In this document: piece after piece, positions 61,628 to 64,000 of the stretch | Numbering within the stretch: the first letter of the stretch is position 1 | How the letters are laid out: each line of letters starts with the position of its first letter | Origin: Gammaproteobacteria bacterium | Lineage (GTDB): Bacteria; Pseudomonadota; Gammaproteobacteria; Ga0077536 | NCBI GenBank assembly: GCA_050186725.1 | Contig: JBFWYG010000008.1 | Coordinates: 32,899-96,898, forward strand | Reading direction: 5' to 3' | Length of the DNA: 64,000 nucleotides | Notes under the pieces: generated by a model | What the model was told of the DNA's origin: nothing | Database searches by the model: none | The model's input: only the letters and a program-made list of their open reading frames with translations | Translations under genes and position numbers: made by a program

Positions 61628-62521
61628 TTGAGCACGCTCGATGAACGACTCGCGCCGCTCCGTGAGCGCGCCGACGCCGCCTTGGACCGCTTCCTGCCGC
61701 GCGCCGACGAAGCGCCACGGCGCCTCCACGAAGCCATGCGCTACGCGGTGCTGGCGCCCGGCAAGCGCATTCGACCGGTGCTGACCTATGCCACGGGTGC
61801 CGCGCTGGACGTGGCGCTGGACCAGCTGGATCCGGCCGCCGTGGCCGTCGAGCTGATCCACGCCTACTCGTTGATTCACGATGACCTGCCGGCGATGGAC
61901 GACGACGATCTGCGCCGCGGCCGGCCGACCTGTCACCGCCAGTTCGACGAGGCGACGGCGATACTGGCCGGGGACGCACTGCAGGCGCTGGCCTTCGAAT
62001 CCTTGCTCGATACACGCGCGGCCACGCTCCCGGCCACATGCCGCCTGGCGATGGTAGCGACACTCGCCGAGGCCAGCGGCTCGCGCGGCATGGCCGGCGG
62101 CCAGGCGCTCGATCTCGGCGCGGTCGGCCAACGGCTGACGCTGGCCGAGCTGGAGAACATGCACAAGCACAAGACCGGCGCCCTGATCCGCGCCAGCGTG
62201 CGGCTCGGATTGCTGGCGAGCGGCGCCGACGATGCCGCGCTGGCACGCGGGCTGGACACCTACGCGACCTGCATCGGCCTCGCCTTCCAGGTGCAGGACG
62301 ACATCCTCGACGTCGAAGGCGCCACCGAAGTGATCGGCAAGCCGCAGGGCTCGGACGCTGATCGAGACAAGCCCACCTACCCCAACCTGCTCGGCATGGA
62401 CGAGGCCAAGGCGACCGCCCGGCGCTTGTGCGACGAGGCGCTGGCCAGTCTCGCGCCGCTCGGCGCGCGTGGCGACACCCTGGCGATGATCGCGAACTTC
62501 ATCGTCAAGCGCGATCGCTGA
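61628..62521 (+). CDS. ispA: Farnesyl-diphosphate synthase (geranyltranstransferase)
   Basis: FARM LIHDDLPAMDDDDLRRG and SARM FQVQDDILD motifs; xseB-ispA linkage. Confidence 0.9.
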   Translation: MSTLDERLAPLRERADAALDRFLPRADEAPRRLHEAMRYAVLAPGKRIRPVLTYATGAALDVALDQLDPAAVAVELIHAYSLIHDDLPAMDDDDLRRGRPTCHRQFDEATAILAGDALQALAFESLLDTRAATLPATCRLAMVATLAEASGSRGMAGGQALDLGAVGQRLTLAELENMHKHKTGALIRASVRLGLLASGADDAALARGLDTYATCIGLAFQVQDDILDVEGATEVIGKPQGSDADRDKPTYPNLLGMDEAKATARRLCDEALASLAPLGARGDTLAMIANFIVKRDR

Positions 62522-62707
62522 AACGGCGACGGAAACCCGTCACCGACACTGGCAGAACCGCCAGCAATCCGTCATTCGCGCGACGCGCGGCCGGTTCGAG
62601 AGTCGTAAACAGGGGCCCACGCGCGCCGCGATCGCCTGGCACGACACCTGCAGTATCCAAGGCATGCGAAGGTCCTCGACCTTCGCACTCCTCCCTTTGG
62701 TCCATTA

Positions 62708-62734
62708 CGGGTGCTGCGGCGCCCGTTTTTTTTT
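62708..62734 (+). terminator. Rho-independent terminator (CGGGTGCTGCGGCGCCCG + T9) ~190 nt downstream of ispA
   Basis: Hairpin with one G-U pair followed by nine T. A second perfect hairpin, GCGAAGGTCctcGACCTTCGC, lies at 62667-62687. Confidence 0.6.
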
Positions 62735-62740
62735 CGCGCG

Positions 62741-63526
62741 TCACAGCCCCTGGCGCTTGGCCTCGTCCCACAGCGCGTCGAGACGCTCGAGCGCGGTGTC
62801 CTCCAGCCGTTCCCCCGCAGCCGCGACCCGTGACTCGACATGCCGGAAGCGCTGCTCGAAGCGCGCGCTGGCGCCACGCAGCGCCGCTTCCGAATCGACT
62901 TCGAGATGGCGCGCGAGGTTGACCACGCTGAACAGCAGGTCGCCGAGTTCCGCCTCGATGGCGCGCGGCTCACCCGCCGCCGCCGCGGTCTCGAGCTCGG
63001 CCACCTCCTCGTGGAGCTTCAGCCAGGCGCCGCGCGCGTCCGGCCAATCAAAGCCGACCCGCGCCGCGCGCTTCTGCAGCTTGCGTGCGCGGGTCAGCGC
63101 CGGCAGCGCGAGCGCGACGTCGTCGAGTTCGCTCACCGCGCCGCCGCGCCGTGCCCGCCGCTCGGCGGCCTTGCCGGTTTCCCAGGCATCGGCGACCGTC
63201 GCGGCGTCGCTCGCGTGCGCCTCGCCGAACACGTGAGGATGGCGGGCGAGCAGCTTGGCTTCGATGCCGCCCACCACCTCGTCCAGGTCGAAGCGGCCCT
63301 CTTCCTCGCCAATCTGGCTGTAGAACACCACCTGGAAAAGCAGGTCGCCGAGTTCGCCCGGCAGTTCGCCGAGCTGCCCCTGCTCGATCGCGTCCGCCAC
63401 TTCGAACGCCTCTTCGAGGGTATGAGGTACCAGCGAGCCGTAGGTCTGGGCGCGATCCCAGGGACAGCCGCCCTCGGCGCTGCGCAGACGACGCATGATC
63501 TGGCGCAGGCGCGCGAGGTCAGCCAT
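62741..63526 (-). CDS. mazG: Nucleoside triphosphate pyrophosphohydrolase MazG
   Basis: 261 aa from MADLARLRQIMRRLRS...GGCPWD; two tandem MazG domains (EEAFEV...DLLFQVVFY and EEVAEL...DLLFSVVNLARH). Confidence 0.85.
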   Translation of the reverse strand: MADLARLRQIMRRLRSAEGGCPWDRAQTYGSLVPHTLEEAFEVADAIEQGQLGELPGELGDLLFQVVFYSQIGEEEGRFDLDEVVGGIEAKLLARHPHVFGEAHASDAATVADAWETGKAAERRARRGGAVSELDDVALALPALTRARKLQKRAARVGFDWPDARGAWLKLHEEVAELETAAAAGEPRAIEAELGDLLFSVVNLARHLEVDSEAALRGASARFEQRFRHVESRVAAAGERLEDTALERLDALWDEAKRQGL

Positions 63527-63637
63527 GGCATGGAACTCCTGCGCGCACGGCCAGGCCCTGAGTGCCTGCCGCGGCGGTCTTGATCGAAGCGCTGGAATGC
63601 GCTGAGAATCTAGCCGTTTTCGTGGTCCAATGCAGCC

Positions 63638-64000
63638 ATGACGGACGCCGACACCGCGCACTTGCCCAGCACGCCCCTGATCCTGCGCCTCGATGTGGCG
63701 GGGGCGCCGATTCGCTGGATCCCGTGGCAGGACGCGGTCTGCTTGTACAGCCGCAACCTGGTCGCCTGGACCGCGGGCGACAACGCCTTCACCTTTCGCG
63801 GCGGCTTCGCGCGGGGGCGCGCCGAGCGCTCCAGCATCACCGTCCATTCGATCATCGCGATCAAGCATTCCAAGCGCGGCCAGCATCCCAAGCGCCACGT
63901 GCCGCCGCTCAGCAACCATGAACTCTTCCGCCGCGACGGCTACCTGTGCCTGTATTGCGGCGGACACTTTCCCGAACACCAGTTGACCCGCGACCATGTC
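63638..64000 (+). CDS. HNH endonuclease-family protein (3' end beyond window)
   Basis: ATG 63638 opens a frame with no stop to the window end (so absent from the ORF track): MTDADTAHLPSTPLILRLDVAGAPIRWIPWQDAV...RRDGYLCLYCGGHFPEHQLTRDHV. The C-Y-C-G...L-T-x-D-H pattern is the HNH motif. Confidence 0.5.
   Translation, partial: MTDADTAHLPSTPLILRLDVAGAPIRWIPWQDAVCLYSRNLVAWTAGDNAFTFRGGFARGRAERSSITVHSIIAIKHSKRGQHPKRHVPPLSNHELFRRDGYLCLYCGGHFPEHQLTRDHV

Overview
This 64-kb window is from a high-GC proteobacterium. The gene content and REP-like elements suggest a gamma-proteobacterium, but this is a guess. The window is almost entirely coding and mostly housekeeping, with these main blocks in order:

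1. A partial two-partner-secretion TpsA/filamentous-haemagglutinin N-terminus running off the left edge on the minus strand. Three tandem repeats of about 130 bp lie upstream of it.
2. A type II secretion (T2SS) cluster split into gspCDEF (+) and a convergent gspMLKJIHG (-).
3. A Bat/MoxR aerotolerance-type operon: moxR, DUF58, a DUF4381-like gene, batA, batB, batD.
4. A REC-PAS-GGDEF-EAL protein, and an orphan xdhC plus mocA-like pair.
5. A type-2 (long, eukaryote-like) ileS divergent from a GAF-HD-GYP gene.
6. cysS translationally coupled to sufE, then cytochrome b561, ahcY and metK.
7. An RND efflux operon (MFP-RND-OMP) followed by two tandem paralogous M14-like metallopeptidase genes, one with and one without a signal peptide.
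8. A quinone oxidoreductase (qor-like) gene, trxB and a dimeric-dUTPase-like gene.
9. A dinG/yoaA helicase preceded by a translationally coupled 164-aa unknown ORF.
10. A complete EF-P beta-lysylation module (efp, epmA, epmB).
11. A 1019-aa protein with RTX repeats and an FG-GAP beta-propeller and no signal peptide.
12. parC and parE, then a rubrerythrin / (Fe-S) CCG-domain / DUF3501 operon with a 7-1-7 palindrome upstream.
13. xseB-ispA, mazG, and a partial HNH endonuclease at the right edge.

A family of REP-like double-hairpin elements (GTAGGGCGGGTTTCAACCCGCC and the compensatory GGCCGATTGAAATCGGCC variant) occupies at least five intergenic sites. No rRNA, tRNA or CRISPR array was recognised.

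Several very long ORFs in the six-frame track are antisense artefacts of the high GC content. Coordinates of internal starts were derived by counting residues within the supplied ORF translations.
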